DNA of 64,000 nt from Eledone cirrhosa (GCA_964016885.1 OZ024743.1:78430001-78494000); one strand, 5' to 3'; positions 39,701-56,204 are shown, numbered from the stretch's first letter. The notes: a model not told the origin generated them from the letters alone. Program-made: numbers and translations.

Positions 39701-42700
39701 TTAGGCCTCTATATAGAACATACACCATTATCACACTACATGAGACCTCTATATAGACCATACTCAACTAACGTTACAATATCAGACCTCTATATAGACC
39801 ATACACCATTAACACTCTACATTAGACCTCTATATAGACCATATACCACTAACATTACTACATTAGACCTCTATATAGACCATACACCACTACCACACTA
39901 CATTAGACCTCTATATAGGCCATACACCACTAACATTACTACATCAGACCTCTATAAACCCATACATTACCAACACACTGCATTTGACCGCTATATAGAC
40001 TATACACCACTAACAATACTACATTAGACCTCTATATAGACCATACACCACTAACACACTACATTAGACCACTACATAGACCATACACCACTAACACACT
40101 ACATTAGACTTCTATATAGAACATACACCATTAACATATAATACATTAGACCTCTATATAGACCATACACCAATAACATTACTACATTAGACCTCTATAT
40201 AGACCATTCACCACTAACACAGTACATTAGACCTCTATATAGACCATACACCACTAACACACTACATTAAACTTCTATATACACCATACACCACTAACAT
40301 TACTACATTAGACCTCTATATAGACCATACACCACTAACACAATAGATTAGACCACCATATAGACCATACACAATTTCCACACTACATTAGACTTCTATA
40401 TAGACCATACACCATTACCACACTACATTAGTCCTCTATATAGACCATACACCTCTAATACACTACATTAGACCACTATATAGACCACACACAACTAACA
40501 CACTACATTATACCACTATATAGACCATAAAACATTACCACACTACATTAGACCTCTATATAGACCTTACACCACTAACACACTACATTACACCTCTATA
40601 TAGACCATACACCATTATCACACTACATTAGACCTCTATATAGACCATACACCATTACCACACTACTTTAGACGTCTATATAGACCATATATCACTAACA
40701 CACTACATCAGAACTCTATATAGACCATACACCATTATCACACTACATTAGACCTCTATATAAACCATCGACCACTAACATTATTACATAAGATCTCTAT
40801 ATAAACCATAGACCATTAACATACTACATTATACCTCTATATAGACCATACACCACTTGCACATTACATTAGACCTCCATATAGACCATACAACACTAAC
40901 ATTACTACATTAGCCCTCTATATAGACCATACAGCATTAACAATACTACATTAGACCTCGATATAGACCATACACCACTAACACACTACATTAGACCTCT
41001 ATATAGACAATACACCATTAACACACTACATTAGGCCTATTTATAGACAATATACCACTAACACACTACATTAGACCTCTATATAGACCATACACCACTA
41101 ACATTACTACATTAGACCTCTATATATACCATACACCACTAATGATAATACATTAGATCTCTATATAGACCATACACCATGACCACACTACATTAGACCT
41201 CTATATAGACCATACACCACTAACAATACTACATTAGACCTCTATATAGACCATACACCACTAACACACTACATTAGACTTCTATATAGACCATACACCA
41301 CTAACATTAATACATTAGACCTCTATATAGACCATACACCAATAACATTACTACATTAGACCTCTATATAGACCATACACCACTAACACAGTACATTAGA
41401 CCTCTATATAGACCATACACCACTAACATTACTACATTAGACCTCTATATAGACCATACACCAAAACACAGTACATTAGACCTCTATATAGACCATACTC
41501 CACTACCACACTATATTAGACCACTATATAGACCATACACAACTAACACAATAGATTAGACCACCATATAGACCATACACAATTTCCACACTACATTAGA
41601 TCTATATAGACCATACACCATTACCACACTACATTAGTCCTCTATGTAGCCCATACACCTCTAACACACTACATTAGACCACTATATAGACCACACACAA
41701 CTAACACACTACATTATACCACTATATAGACCATACACCATTATCACACTACATTAGACCTCTATATAGACCATACACCATTACCACACTACTTTAGACC
41801 TCTATATAGACCATACACCATTACCACACTACATTAGACCTCTATATGGACCATACACCACTAAAACACTACATTAAACTTCTATATAGTCCATACACCA
41901 CTAAAACACTACATTAAACTTCTATATAGACCATACACCACTAACACACTATATTAGACCACTACATAGACCATACACCACTAACACAATGCATTAAACC
42001 ACTATATAGACCATACACAACTAAAACTCTACTTTAGACCTCTATATAGACGATACACCACTAACAATAATACATTAGATCTCGATATAGACCATACACT
42101 ACTAACACAATACATTATAACTCTATATAGACCATACACCACTACCACACTACATTAGACCCATATATAGACCATATATAACTAACACACTACATTAGAC
42201 CAACATATAGACCATGCACCATTACCACACAACATTAGACATCTATATAGATCATACACCATTACCACAATACATTACACCTCTATATAGACCAAGAACC
42301 ATCATCACACTACATTAGACCTCTATATAGACCATACACGACTAACACACTATATTAGACCTCTATATAGACCATACACCACTAACACACTACATTAGAC
42401 CTCTATATAGACCATACACCAATAACATTACTACATTAGATCTCTATATAGAGCATACACCACTGCCATTACTAAATTAGACCACTATATAGACCATTCA
42501 CCATTAACAATACTACATTTGACCTCTATATAGAACATAGACCACTAGAAAAACTACATTAGGCCTCTATATAGAACATACACCATTATCACACTACATG
42601 AGACCTCTATATAGACCATACTCAACTAACGTTACAATATCAGACCTCTATATAGACCATACACCATTAACACTCTACATTAGACCTCTATATAGACCAT

Positions 42701-45700
42701 ATACCACTAACATTACTACATTAGACCTCTATATAGACCATACACCACTACCACACTACATTAGACCTCTATATAGGCCATACACCACTAACATTACTAC
42801 ATCAGACCTCTATAAACCCATACATTACCAACACACTGCATTTGACCGCTATATAGACTATACACCACTAACAATACTACATTAGACCTCTATATAGACC
42901 ATACACCACTAACACACTACATTAGACCACTACATAGACCATACACCACTAACACACTACATTAGACTTCTATATAGAACATACACCATTAACATATAAT
43001 ACATTAGACCTCTATATAGACCATACACCAATAACATTACTACATTAGACCTCTATATAGACCATTCACCACTAACACAGTACATTAGACCTCTATATAG
43101 ACCATACACCATTACCACACTACTTTAGACGTCTATATAGACCATATATCACTAACACACTACATCAGAACTCTATATAGACCATACACCATTATCACAC
43201 TACATTAGACCTCTATATAAACCATCGACCACTAACATTATTACATAAGATCTCTATATAAACCATAGACCATTAACATACTACATTAGACCTCTATATA
43301 GACCATACACCACTAACACACTACATTAGACCACTACATAGACCATACACCACTAACACACTACATTAGACTTCTATATAGAACATACACCATTAACATA
43401 TAATACATTAGACCTCTATATAGACCATACACCAATAACATTACTACATTAGACCTCTATATAGACCATTCACCACTAACACAGTACATTAGACCTCTAT
43501 ATAGACCATACACCACTAACACACTACATTAAACTTCTATATACACCATACACCACTAACATTACTACATTAGACCTCTATATAGACCATACACCAAAAC
43601 ACAGTATATTAGACCTTTATATAGACCATACTCCACTACCACACTATATTAGACCACTATATAGACCATACACCACTAACACAATAGAGTAGACCACCAT
43701 ATAGACCATACACAATTTCCACACTACATTAGACTTCTATATAGACCATACACCATTACCACACTACATTAGTCCTCTATATAGACCATACACCTCTAAT
43801 ACACTACATTAGACCACTATATAGACCACACACAACTAACACACTACATTATACCACTATATAGACCATAAAACATTACCACACTACATTAGACCTCTAT
43901 ATAGACCTTACACCACTAACACACTACATTACACCTCTATATAGACCATACACCATTATCACACTACATTAGACCTCTATATAGACCATACACCATTACC
44001 ACACTACTTTAGACGTCTATATAGACCATATATCACTAACACACTACATCAGAACTCTATATAGACCATACACCATTATCACACTACATTAGACCTCTAT
44101 ATAAACCATCGACCACTAACATTATTACATAAGATCTCTATATAAACCATAGACCATTAACATACTACATTATACCTCTATATAGACCATACACCACTAG
44201 CACATTACATTAGACCTCCATATAGACCATACAACACTAACATTACTACATTAGCCCTCTATATAGACCATACAGCATTAACAATACTACATTAGACCTC
44301 GATATAGACCATACACCACTAACACACTACATTAGACCTCTATATAGACCATACACCATTAACACACTACATTAGGCCTATTTATAGACAATATACCACT
44401 AACACACTACATTAGACCTCTATATAGACCATACACCACTAACATTACTACATTAGACCTCTATATATACCATACACCACTAATGATAATACATTAGATC
44501 TCTATATAGACCATACACTATGACCACACTACATTAGACCTCTATATAGACAATACACCACTAACAATACTACATTAGACCTCTATATAGACCATACACC
44601 ACTAACACACTACATTAGATTTCTATATAGACCATACACCACTAACATTAATACATTAGACCTCTATATAGACCATACACCAATAACATTACTACATTAG
44701 AACTCTATATAGACCATACACCACTAACACAGTACATTAGACCTCTATATAGACCATACACCACTAACATTACTACATTAGACCTCTATATAGACCATAC
44801 ACCAAAACACAGTACATTAGACCTCTATATAGACCATACTCCACTACCACACTATATTAGACCACTATATAGACCATACACAACTAACACAATAGATTAG
44901 ACCACCATATAGACCATACACAATTTCCACACTACATTAGACTTCTATATAGCCCATACACCTCTAACACACTACATTAGACCACTATATAGACCACACA
45001 CAACTAACACATTACATTATACCACTATATAGACCATACACCATTATCACACTACATTAGACCTCTATATAGACCATACACCATTACCACACTACTTTAG
45101 ACCTCTATATAGACCATACACCATTACCACACTACATTAGACCTCTATATGGACCATACACCACTAAAACACTACATTAAACTTCTATATAGAACATACA
45201 CCACTAAAACACTACATTAAACTTCTATATAGACCATACACCACTAACACACTATATTAGACCACTACATAGACCATACACCACTAACACAATGCATTAA
45301 ACCACTATATAGACCATACACAACTAAAACTCTACTTTAGACCTCTATATAGACGATACACCACTAACAATAATACATTAGATCTCGATATAGACCATAC
45401 ACTACTAACACACTACATTAGACCCATATATAGACCATATATAACTAACACACTACATTAGACCACCATATAGACCATGCACCATTACCACACAACATTA
45501 GACATCTATATAGATCATACACCATTACCACAATACATTACACCTCTATATAGACCAAGAACCATCATCACACTACATTAGACCTCTATATAGACCATAC
45601 ACGACTAACACACTATATTAGACCTCTATATAGACCATACACCACTAACACACTACATTAGACCTCTATATAGACCATACACCAATAACATTACTACATT

Positions 45701-48700
45701 AGATCTCTATATAGAGCATACACCACTGACATTACTAAATTAGACCACTATATAGACCATTCACCATTAACAATACTACATTTGACCTCTATATAGAACA
45801 TAGACCACTAGAAAAACTACATTAGGCCTCTATATAGAACATACACCATTATCACACTACATGAGACCTCTATATAGACCATACTCAACTAACGTTACAA
45901 TATCAGACCTCTATATAGACCATACACCATTAACACTCTACATTAGACCTCTATATAGACCATATACCACTAACATTACTACATTAGACCTCTATATAGA
46001 CCATACACCACTACCACACTACATTAGACCTCTATATAGGCCATACACCACTAACATTACTACATCAGACCTCTATAAACCCATACATTACCAACACACT
46101 GCATTTGACCGCTATATAGACTATACACCACTAACAATACTACATTAGACCTCTATATAGACCATACACCACTAACACACTACATTAGACCACTACATAG
46201 ACCATACACCACTAACACACTACATTAGACTTCTATATAGAACATACACCATTAACATATAATACATTAGACCTCTATATAGACCATACACCAATAACAT
46301 TACTACATTAGACCTCTATATAGACCATTCACCACTAACACAGTACATTAGACCTCTATATAGACCATACACCACTAACACACTACATTAAACTTCTATA
46401 TACACCATACACCACTAACATTACTACATTAGACCTCTATATAGACCATACACCAAAACACAGTATATTAGACCTCTATATAGACCATACTCCACTACCA
46501 CACTATATTAGACCACTATATAGACCATACACCACTAACACAATAGATTAGACCACCATATAGACCATACACAATTTCCACACTACATTAGACTTCTATA
46601 TAGACCATACACCATTACCACACTACATTAGTCCTCTATATAGACCATACACCTCTAATACACTACATTAGACCACTATATAGACCACACACAACTAACA
46701 CACTACATTATACCACTATATAGACCATAAAACATTACCACACTACATTAGACCTCTATATAGACCTTACACCACTAACACACTACATTAGACCTCTATA
46801 TAGACCATACACCATTACCACACTACTTTAGACGTCTATATAGACCATATATCACTAACACACTACATCAGAACTCTATATAGACCATACGCCATTATCA
46901 CACTACATTAGACCTCTATATAAACCATCGACCACTAACATTATTACATAAGATCTCTATATAAACCATAGACCATTAACATACTACATTATACCTCTAT
47001 ATAGACCATACACCACTAGCACATTACATTAGACCTCCATATAGACCATACAACACTAACATTACTACATTAGCCCTCTATATAGACCATACAGCATTAA
47101 CAATACTACATTAGACCTCGATATAGACCATACACCACTAACACACTACATTAGACCTCTATATAGACCATACACCATTAACACACTACATTAGGCCTAT
47201 TTATAGACAATATACCACTAACACACTACATTAGACCTCTATATAGACCATACACCACTAACATTACTACATTAGACCTCTATATATACCATACACCACT
47301 AATGATAATACATTAGATCTCTATATAGACCATACACCATGACCACACTACATTAGACCTCTATATAGACCATACACCACTAACAATACTACATTAGACG
47401 ACTACATAGACCATACACCACTAACACACTACATTAGACTTCTATATAGACCATACACCACTAACATTAATATATTAGACCTCTATATAGACCATACACC
47501 AATAACATTACTACATTAGACCTCTATATAGACCATACACCACTAACATTACTACATTAGACCTCTATATAGACCATACACCAAAACACAGTACATTAGA
47601 CCTCTATATACACCATACTCCACTACCACACTATATTAGACCACTATATAGACCATACACAACTAACACAATAGATTAGACCACCATATAGACCATACAC
47701 AATTTCCACACTACATTAGACTTCTATATAGACCATACACCATTACCACACTACATTAGTCCTCTATATAGACCATACACCTCTAACACACTACATTAGA
47801 CCACTATATAGACCACACACAACTAACACACTACATTATACCACTATATAGACCATACACCATTATCACACTACATTAGACCTCTATATAGACCATACAC
47901 CATTACCACACTACTTTAGACCTCTATATAGACCATACACCATTACCACACTACATTAGACCTCTATATGGACCATACACCACTAAAACACTACATTAGA
48001 ATACTATATAGACCACACACCACTAATACACTACATTAAACTTCTATATAGACCATACACCACTAACACACTATATTAGACCACTACATAGACCATACAC
48101 CACTAACACAATACATTAAACCACTATATAGACCATACACAACTAAAACTCTACTTTAGACCTCTATATAGACGATACACCACTAACAATAATACATTAG
48201 ATCTCGATATAGACCATACACTACTAACACAATACATTATACCTCTATATAGACTATACACCACTACCACACTACATTAGACTCATATATAGACCATATA
48301 TAACTAACACACTACATTAGACCACCATATAGACCATGCACCATTACCACACAACATTAGACATCTATATAGATCATACACCATTACCACAATACATTAC
48401 ACCTCTATATAGACCAAGAACCATCATCACACTACATGAGACCTCTATATGGACCATACTCAACTAACGTTACAATATCAGACCTCTATATAGACCATAC
48501 ACCATTAACACTTTACATTAGACCTCTATATAGACCATATACCACTAACATTACTACATTAGACATCTATATAGACCATACACCACTACCACACTACATT
48601 AGACCTCTATATAGGCCATACACCACTAACACCCTACATTAGACCTCTATATAGACATTACACCACTAACATTACTACATTAGACCTCTATATAGACCAT

Positions 48701-50350
48701 ACACCATTAACACACTACATTAGGCCTCTATATAAACCATACACCACTAACATTACTACATCAGACCTCTATAAACCCATACATTACCAACACACTGCAT
48801 TTGACCGCTATATAGACTATACACCACTAACAATACTACATTAGACCTCTATATAGACCATACACCACTAACACACTACATTAGACCACTACATAGACCA
48901 TACACCACTAACACACTACATTAGACTTCTATATAGAACATACACCATTAACATATAATACATTAGACCTCTATATAGACCATACACCAATAACATTACT
49001 ACATTAGACCTCTATATAGACCTTTCACCACTAACACAGTACATTAGACCTCTATATAGACCATACACCACTAACACACTACATTAAACTTCTATATACA
49101 CCATACACCACTAACATTACTACATTAGACCTCTATATAGACCATACACCAAAACACAGTACATTAGAGCTCTATATAGACCATACTCCACTACCACACT
49201 ATATTAGACCACTATATAGACCATACACAACTAACACAATAGATTAGACCACCATATAGACCATACACAATTTCCACACTACATTAGACTTCTATATAGA
49301 CCATACACCATTACCACACTACATTAGTCCTCTATATAGACCGTACACCTCTAATACACTACATTAGACCACTATATAGACCACACACAACTAACACACT
49401 ACATTATACCACTATATAGACCATAAAACATTACCACACTACATTAGACCTCTATATAGACCTTACACCACTAACACACTACATTAGACCTCTATATAGA
49501 CCATACACCATTATGACACTACATTAGACCTCTATATAGACCATACACCATTACCACACTACTTTAGACGTCTATATAGACCATATATCACTAACACACT
49601 ACATCAGAACTCTATATAGACCATACGCCATTATCACACTACATTAGACCTCTATATAAACCATCGACCACTAACATTATTACATAAGATCTCTATATAA
49701 ACCATAGACCATTAACATACTACATTATACCTCTATATAGACCATACACCACTAGCACATTACATTAGACCTCCATATAGACCATACAACACTAACATTA
49801 CTACATTAGCCCTCTATATAGACCATACAGCATTAACAATACTACATTAGACCTCGATATAGACCATACACCACTAACACACTACATTAGACCTCTATAT
49901 AGACCATACACCATTAACACACTACATTAGGCCTATTTATAGACAATATATCACTAACACACTACATTAGACCTCTATATAGACCATACACCACTAACAT
50001 TACTACATTAGACCTCTATATATACCATACACCACTAATGATAATACATTAGATCTCTATATAGACCATACACCATGACCACACTATATTAGACCACTAT
50101 ATAGACCATACACAACTCAACACTACATTAGACCACTATATAGACCATACACCATTATCCCACTACATTAGACCTCTATATAGACCTTACACCATTATCA
50201 CACTATATTAGACCTCTATATAGACCATACACCACTAACACACTACATTAGACATCTATATAGACTATACACCCCTAACATTACTACATTAGACCTCTAT
50301 ATAGACCATACACCACTAACAATAATACATTAGACCTCTATATAGACCAA
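27701..50350. repeat. 22.6-kb satellite of 40/41-bp monomers (~560) with higher-order repeats
   Basis: Consensus acactacattagacctctatatagaccatacaccactaac; rare variants recur every ~2.6-3.3 kb from ~34 kb onward. Confidence 0.98.
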
Positions 50351-50364
50351 ATACAAAATCTATA

Positions 50365-50430
50365 TACGAGGGCCGGCTGAAAAATTCATAAGCTGACGAA
50401 GATAATTTCATGGAATGACCAAATGACATA
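50365..50430. mobile_element. Possible solo mariner-type terminal inverted repeat
   Basis: TA-cgagggccggctgaaaa resembles mariner TIR starts; no partner seen. Confidence 0.35.
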
Positions 50431-50477
50431 TATTTTGTCCAAAAGTAACTCGAAGGCCCCGATCAAGTCAAGTGCCA

Positions 50478-50652
50478 TGACAGCTTGGCACAAGCGTCAT
50501 CTCACTTTGTTGTAGCTGAGTGGACTGGAGCATCGTGAACACAATATGAACACAACGTGAACACCACATGAATACAACATGAACTAAACATGCCACATGT
50601 TTCAGAAATCGAACTCATGATATCGTCGTTGTGATCCAACACTGTAACCACT
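50478..50652 (-). mobile_element. CORE-like SINE remnant
   Basis: Minus strand: gagttcgatt, gctccagtccactcagct. Confidence 0.5.
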
Positions 50653-50670
50653 ATTATTATTAGGGCGGTA

Positions 50671-52353
50671 GATTGGCAGTATAGGTAGAGTGTCGGACGC
50701 CATGATTGGCAGTATCGATAGAGGGTCGGATGCCATGATTGGCAGTATCGGTAGAGGGTCGGACGCTATGATTGGTAGTATCGGTAGAGGGTCGGATGCC
50801 ATGATTGGCAGTATCGATAGAGGGTCGGATGCCATGATTGGCAGTATCGGTAGAGGGTCGGACGCCATGATTGGCAGTATCGGTAGAGGGTCGGATGCCA
50901 TGATTGGTAGTATCGGTAGAGGGTCGGACGCTATGATTGGTAGTATCGGTAGAGGGTCGGACGCCATGATTGGTAGTATCGGTAGAGGGTCGGATGCCAT
51001 GATTGGTAGTATCGGTAGAGGGTCGGATGCCATGATTGGTAGTATCGGTAGAGGGTCGGACGCTATGATTGGTAGTATCGGTAGAGGGTCGGATGCCATG
51101 ATTGGCAGTATCGATAGAGGGTCGGATGCCATGATTGGCAGTATCGATAGAGGGTCGGATGCCATGATTGGTAGTATCGGTAGAGGGTCGGATGCCATGA
51201 TTGGTAGTATCGGTAGAGGGTCGGACGCTATGATTGGTAGTATCGGTAGAGGGTCGGACGCCATGATTGGCAGTATCGGTAGAGGGTCGGACGCCATGAT
51301 TGGTAGTATCGGTAGAGGGTCGGACGCCATGATTGGTAGTATCGGTAGAGGGTCGGATGCCATGATTGGTAGTATCGGTAGAGGGTCGGATGCCATGATT
51401 GGTAGTATCGGTAGAGGGTCGGACGCTATGATTGGTAGTATCGGTAGAGGGTCGGATGCCATGATTGGCAGTATCGATAGAGGGTCGGATGCCATGATTG
51501 GTAGTATCGGTAGAGGGTCGGATGCCATGATTGGTAGTATCGGTAGAGGGTCGGATGCCATGATTGGTAGTATCGGTAGAGGGTCGGATGCCATGATTGG
51601 TAGTATCGGTAGAGGGTCGGACGCTATGATTGGTAGTATCGGTAGAGGGTCGGATGCCATGATTGGCAGTATCGGTAGAGGGTCGGATGCCATGATTGGT
51701 AGTATCGGTAGAGGGTCGGATGCCATGATTGGTAGTATCGGTAGAGGGTCGGATGCCATGATTGGTAGTATCGGTAGAGGGTCGGATGCCATGATTGGTA
51801 GTATCGGTAGAGGGTCGGACGCTATGATTGGTAGTATCGGTAGAGGGTCGGACGCCATGATTGGTAGTATCGGTAGAGGGTCGGATGCCATGATTGGTAG
51901 TATCGGTAGAGGGTCGGATGCCATGATTGGTAGTATCGGTAGAGGGTCGGACGCTATGATTGGTAGTATCGGTAGAGGGTCGGACGCCATGATTGGCAGT
52001 ATCGGTAGAGGGTCGGACGCCATGATTGGTAGTATCGGTAGAGGGTCGGACGCCATGATTGGTAGTATCGGTAGAGGGTCGGACGCCATGATTGGTAGTA
52101 TCGGTAGAGGGTCGGACGCCATGATTGGTAGTATCGGTAGAGGGTCGGACGCCATGATTGGTAGTATCGGTAGAGGGTCGGACGCCATGATTGGCAGTAT
52201 CGGTAGAGGGTCGGACGCCATGATTGGTAGTATCGGTAGAGGGTCGGACGCCATGATTGGTAGTATCGGTAGAGGGTCGGACGCCATGATTGGTAGTATC
52301 GGTAGAGGGTCGGACGCCATGATTGGTAGTATCGGTAGAGGGTCGGACGCCAT
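50671..52353 (+). repeat. 51 x 33-bp tandem array of a SINE 5' head
   Basis: Unit gattggYagtatcgRtagagggtcggaYgcYat equals the head of the SINE at 20789; 50671 to 52321 is exactly 50 periods. Confidence 0.97.
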
Positions 52354-52508
52354 GATTGGCAGCAAAGAGTTACGGCCTTTGCCATTCTGAGTTCAAATCG
52401 CACCGAGGTTAACTTTGCCTTTCATCCTTACGATGTCGATAAAATAAAGTACCAGTGATACACTGGGTGATTGCTGGCCTTGTACCAAAAGAAGAAACAA
52501 TTATTATA
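52354..52508 (+). mobile_element. Body and tail of the SINE whose head is amplified
   Basis: B box gagttcaaatc, central domain, agaaacaattattat. Confidence 0.9.
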
Positions 52509-52624
52509 GGTATTATGGGGTTTGTTGAAATGATAGAACATCATGAAGAGACTCTAGTGATTGCTGTTTACATCTCTGGTTTGGTGGCCTTGGAGGAACA
52601 TAACGTAGCAATGACGTCATAGGT

Positions 52625-53050
52625 GTAGTGGAGGTGGTGGTGGAGGTGGTGGTGGTAGTAGGGATGGTGGTGGTGGGGGTGGTTGCGGTGGTTGTGGTGG
52701 AGGTGGTGGTGGTGGTGGTAATGGTTGTGGTAGTGGTGGTGGTGGTGTTGCTGGGGGTGGTGGTAGTGGTGATGGTTGTGATGGTGGTGATGGTGGTGGT
52801 GGTAGTGGTGGTGGTGGTGTTGCTGGGGGTGGTAGTGGAGGTGGTGATAGTGATGATGGTTGTGATGGTGGTGGTGGTGGTGGTGATGGTGGTGGTAGTG
52901 GTGGTGGCGGTGATGGTGGAGGTAGTGGTGATGGTTGTGATGGTGGTGATGGTGGTGGTGATGGTGGTGGTGGTGGTGGTGGTAATGGTTGTGGTAGTTG
53001 TGGTGGTGGTGATGGTAGGATGATGGCGGCTGTGTTGTTTGTGATGGTGG
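52625..53050. repeat. Degenerate (GTG)n
   Basis: Low-complexity triplets. Confidence 0.9.
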
Positions 53051-53131
53051 TATCATATATATATGTGTGTGTATATATATATATGTATATGTGTGTGTGT
53101 GTTTCGGGATATGTACACACACACACACAAC

Positions 53132-53162
<31 letters not shown>

Positions 53163-53351
53163 GGGGTGTTAAGCGGTAGGATGTACTAGCTGTACAATAG
53201 GGAGCCACTAATTAAAGAGTTATTGTGGGGTGTGAAAGAGAAATAATAGAGACTTCATAATTAGCTCCTTCAGATTGTTTAGTGTTGGAGGAAGTGGGGC
53301 TCTTAATTAGATGACGTGTGGACTATACGGGATCATTGTAGGCATTGATAC

Positions 53352-53886
53352 TACCAACACCACCACCAACACCAACACCACCACCACCACCACCAACACC
53401 AACAAAAACACCACCAACAACACCACCAACAACAACACCACCACCAACACCAACACCAACAAAAACACCACCAACAACACCACCAACAACACCAACACCA
53501 CCAACACCACCACCAACACCAACACCACCAACACCACCACCACCAACACCAACACCAACAACAACACCACCGCTACCAACAACAACATCACCAACACCAA
53601 CACCACCAACACCACCAACACCACCACCACCACCACCAACACCAACAAAAACACCACCAACAACACCACCAACAACAACAACACCACCGCTACCAACAAC
53701 AACATCACCAACACCAACACCAACACCACCAACAACACCACCACCACCACCAACAACAACAACAAAAACACCATCAACAACACCACCAACAACAACAACA
53801 CCACCGCTACCAACAACAACATCACCAACACCAACACCACCACCACCAACAACAACACCACTTCCGACAACACCAACAACACCACC

Positions 53887-53917
<31 letters not shown>

Positions 53918-54378
53918 CCACCAACAACACCACCACCACCGCAACCAACAATAACAACACCACCACCACCACCAACACCAACAACAGCACCAATAACAAC
54001 AACACAACCACCACCAACACCAACAACACCGCCACCACCACCAACACCACCACCACCACCAGCAGCACCACCACCACGACCACCACCACCAACAACACCA
54101 CCACCACCAACAACAACAACAACAACACCACCACAACCACCACCAACAACAACAACACCACCACCACCAACAACAACAACAACAACAACACCAACAACAA
54201 CACCAACAACGACAACACCACCACCACCACCAACAACAACACCTCCACCAACAACAACACCGCCGCCACCACCACCACCACCAACAAAACCACCACCACC
54301 ACCACCACCACCACCACCAACAAAACCACCACCACCACCACCACCAACAACAACAACAAAACCACCACCACCACCACT

Positions 54379-54410
<32 letters not shown>

Positions 54411-54415
54411 TATAA
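53352..54415. repeat. Compound (CAC/AAC)n with internal longer repeats
   Basis: Triplet tract with recurring accgctaccaacaacaacatcacc blocks. Confidence 0.9.
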
Positions 54416-54499
54416 TGAACACCAAAAAACAAATTAAAGTTATTTTTCTTTCTTTTTAATAAGTTTCCTTTATCAATAGTTTCAGTAATTGTACTTTAG

Positions 54500-56132
54500 A
54501 AGTATGGTAGCACATTAATGTAGTGAGGTATGGTAGCACATTGGTGTAGTTAGGTATGGTAGCACATTGGTGTAGTTAGGTATGGTAGCACATTGGTATA
54601 GAGGTATGGTAGCAAATTGGTATAGTGAGGTATGGTAGTACATTGGTGTAGAGAAGTATGGTAGGACATTGGTGTAGAGCTATGGTAGCACCTTGTTGTA
54701 GTGAGGTATGGTAGCACATTGGTGTAGTGGGGATGTGGGAGCACACTGGTTGGTGTAGTGGGGGTATGATAGCACATAGCTGTAGTGAGGTATGGTAGCA
54801 TATTGGGTACCTAGGTATGGTAGCACATTGGCGTAGTGAGGTATGGAATGACATTGGTGTACTGAAGTATGGTAGCACATTGGTGTAGGGAGGTATGGAA
54901 GGACATTGGTGTACTGAAGTATGGTAGCACATTGGTGTAATGAGGTATGGAATCAGATTGTTGTAGATGTACGGTAGCACATTGGTGTAGAGGTATGATA
55001 GCACATTGGTGTACTGAGGTATCGTAGCACATTGATGTATTGAGGTATGGTAGCACATTGGTGTATTGAGGTATGGTAGCACATTGGTGTACTAAAATAT
55101 GGTAGCAGATTGGTGTAGTGAGGTATGGTAGACCATTGGTGTAGAGGTATGGTAGCACCTTGTTGTAGTGATTTATGGTAGCACATTGGTGTAGATAAGT
55201 ATGGTAGCACATTGGTGTAGTGAAGTATGGTAGCACATTGGTGTACTGAAGTATAGTAGCATATTGATGTAGTGAGGTATGGTAGCACATTGGTGTAGTG
55301 AGGTATAGTAGCACATTGGTGGAGTGAGGTTTGGTAGCATCCTGATGTAGTGAGGTGTAGTGGTATGGTAGCACTTTGGTGTAGTGAGGTATGGTTGCAC
55401 ATTAGTGTAGTGAGGTAAGGTGGCACATTAATGTACTGAAGAATTGCAGTACATATATATCAGATATATATAGAGAGGTACAGTATTGTTATAGAGGTAT
55501 GGTAGCACATTGGTGTAGAGGTATGGTAGCACATTGGTGTAGTGAGGTATGGTAGCACATTGGTGTATTGAGGTATGGTAGCACATTGGTGTATTGAGGT
55601 ATGGTAGCACATTGGTGTACTAAATATGGTAGCAGATTGGTGTAGTGAGGTATGGTATCACATTTGTGTCCGGAAGTATGGTAGCATATTGATGTAGTGA
55701 GGTATGGTATCACATTTGTGTCCGGAAGTATGGTAGCATATTGATGTAGTGATGTATGGTAGTACATTGGTGTACAGAAGTATGGTAGCACATTGGTGTA
55801 GTGAGGTATGGTAGCATATTGGTGTAGTGAGGTATGGTAGTACATTAGTGTAGTGGTATGGTAGGATATTGGTGTAGGATATTGGTGCGGTAAAGTGTCA
55901 CATAAATGTGCTGAAGTACTGGTGTACAGATATATTAGATATATATAGAGAGGTACAGTATTGTTATAGAGGTATGGTAGTACATTGGTGTAGAAGTAAG
56001 GTAGCCCATTTGTGTAGAGGTATGGTAGCACATTGGTGTAGTGAGATATGGTAGCACATTGGTGTAGAAGTGTGGTAGTGCATTGGTATTGAAGTATGGT
56101 AGCACATTGCTGTAGAAGTATGGTAGCGCATT
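54500..56132. repeat. 23/26-bp minisatellite
   Basis: tgtagtgaggtatggtagcacattgg units, about 60 copies. Confidence 0.95.
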
Positions 56133-56204
56133 GTACAGTTACATTTCTGCTGTTCTATAAATACGTGTAAGAAATTGAGTAGGAAACGGTTTTGTAAGGT
56201 GGCG

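Noticed and set aside
35070-48642. Repeated 68-95 aa ORFs in the satellite
   Set aside because: Chance open frames; useful only as HOR markers
50390-50420. CTGACGA possible hammerhead
   Set aside because: No GAAA or compatible stems downstream
50671-52353. CRISPR-like array
   Set aside because: No unique spacers, eukaryotic context, no cas genes
50602-52403. 587/566-aa repetitive ORFs on both strands
   Set aside because: Artefact of a stop-free 33-bp (11-codon) unit that is a SINE head; no evidence of a protein
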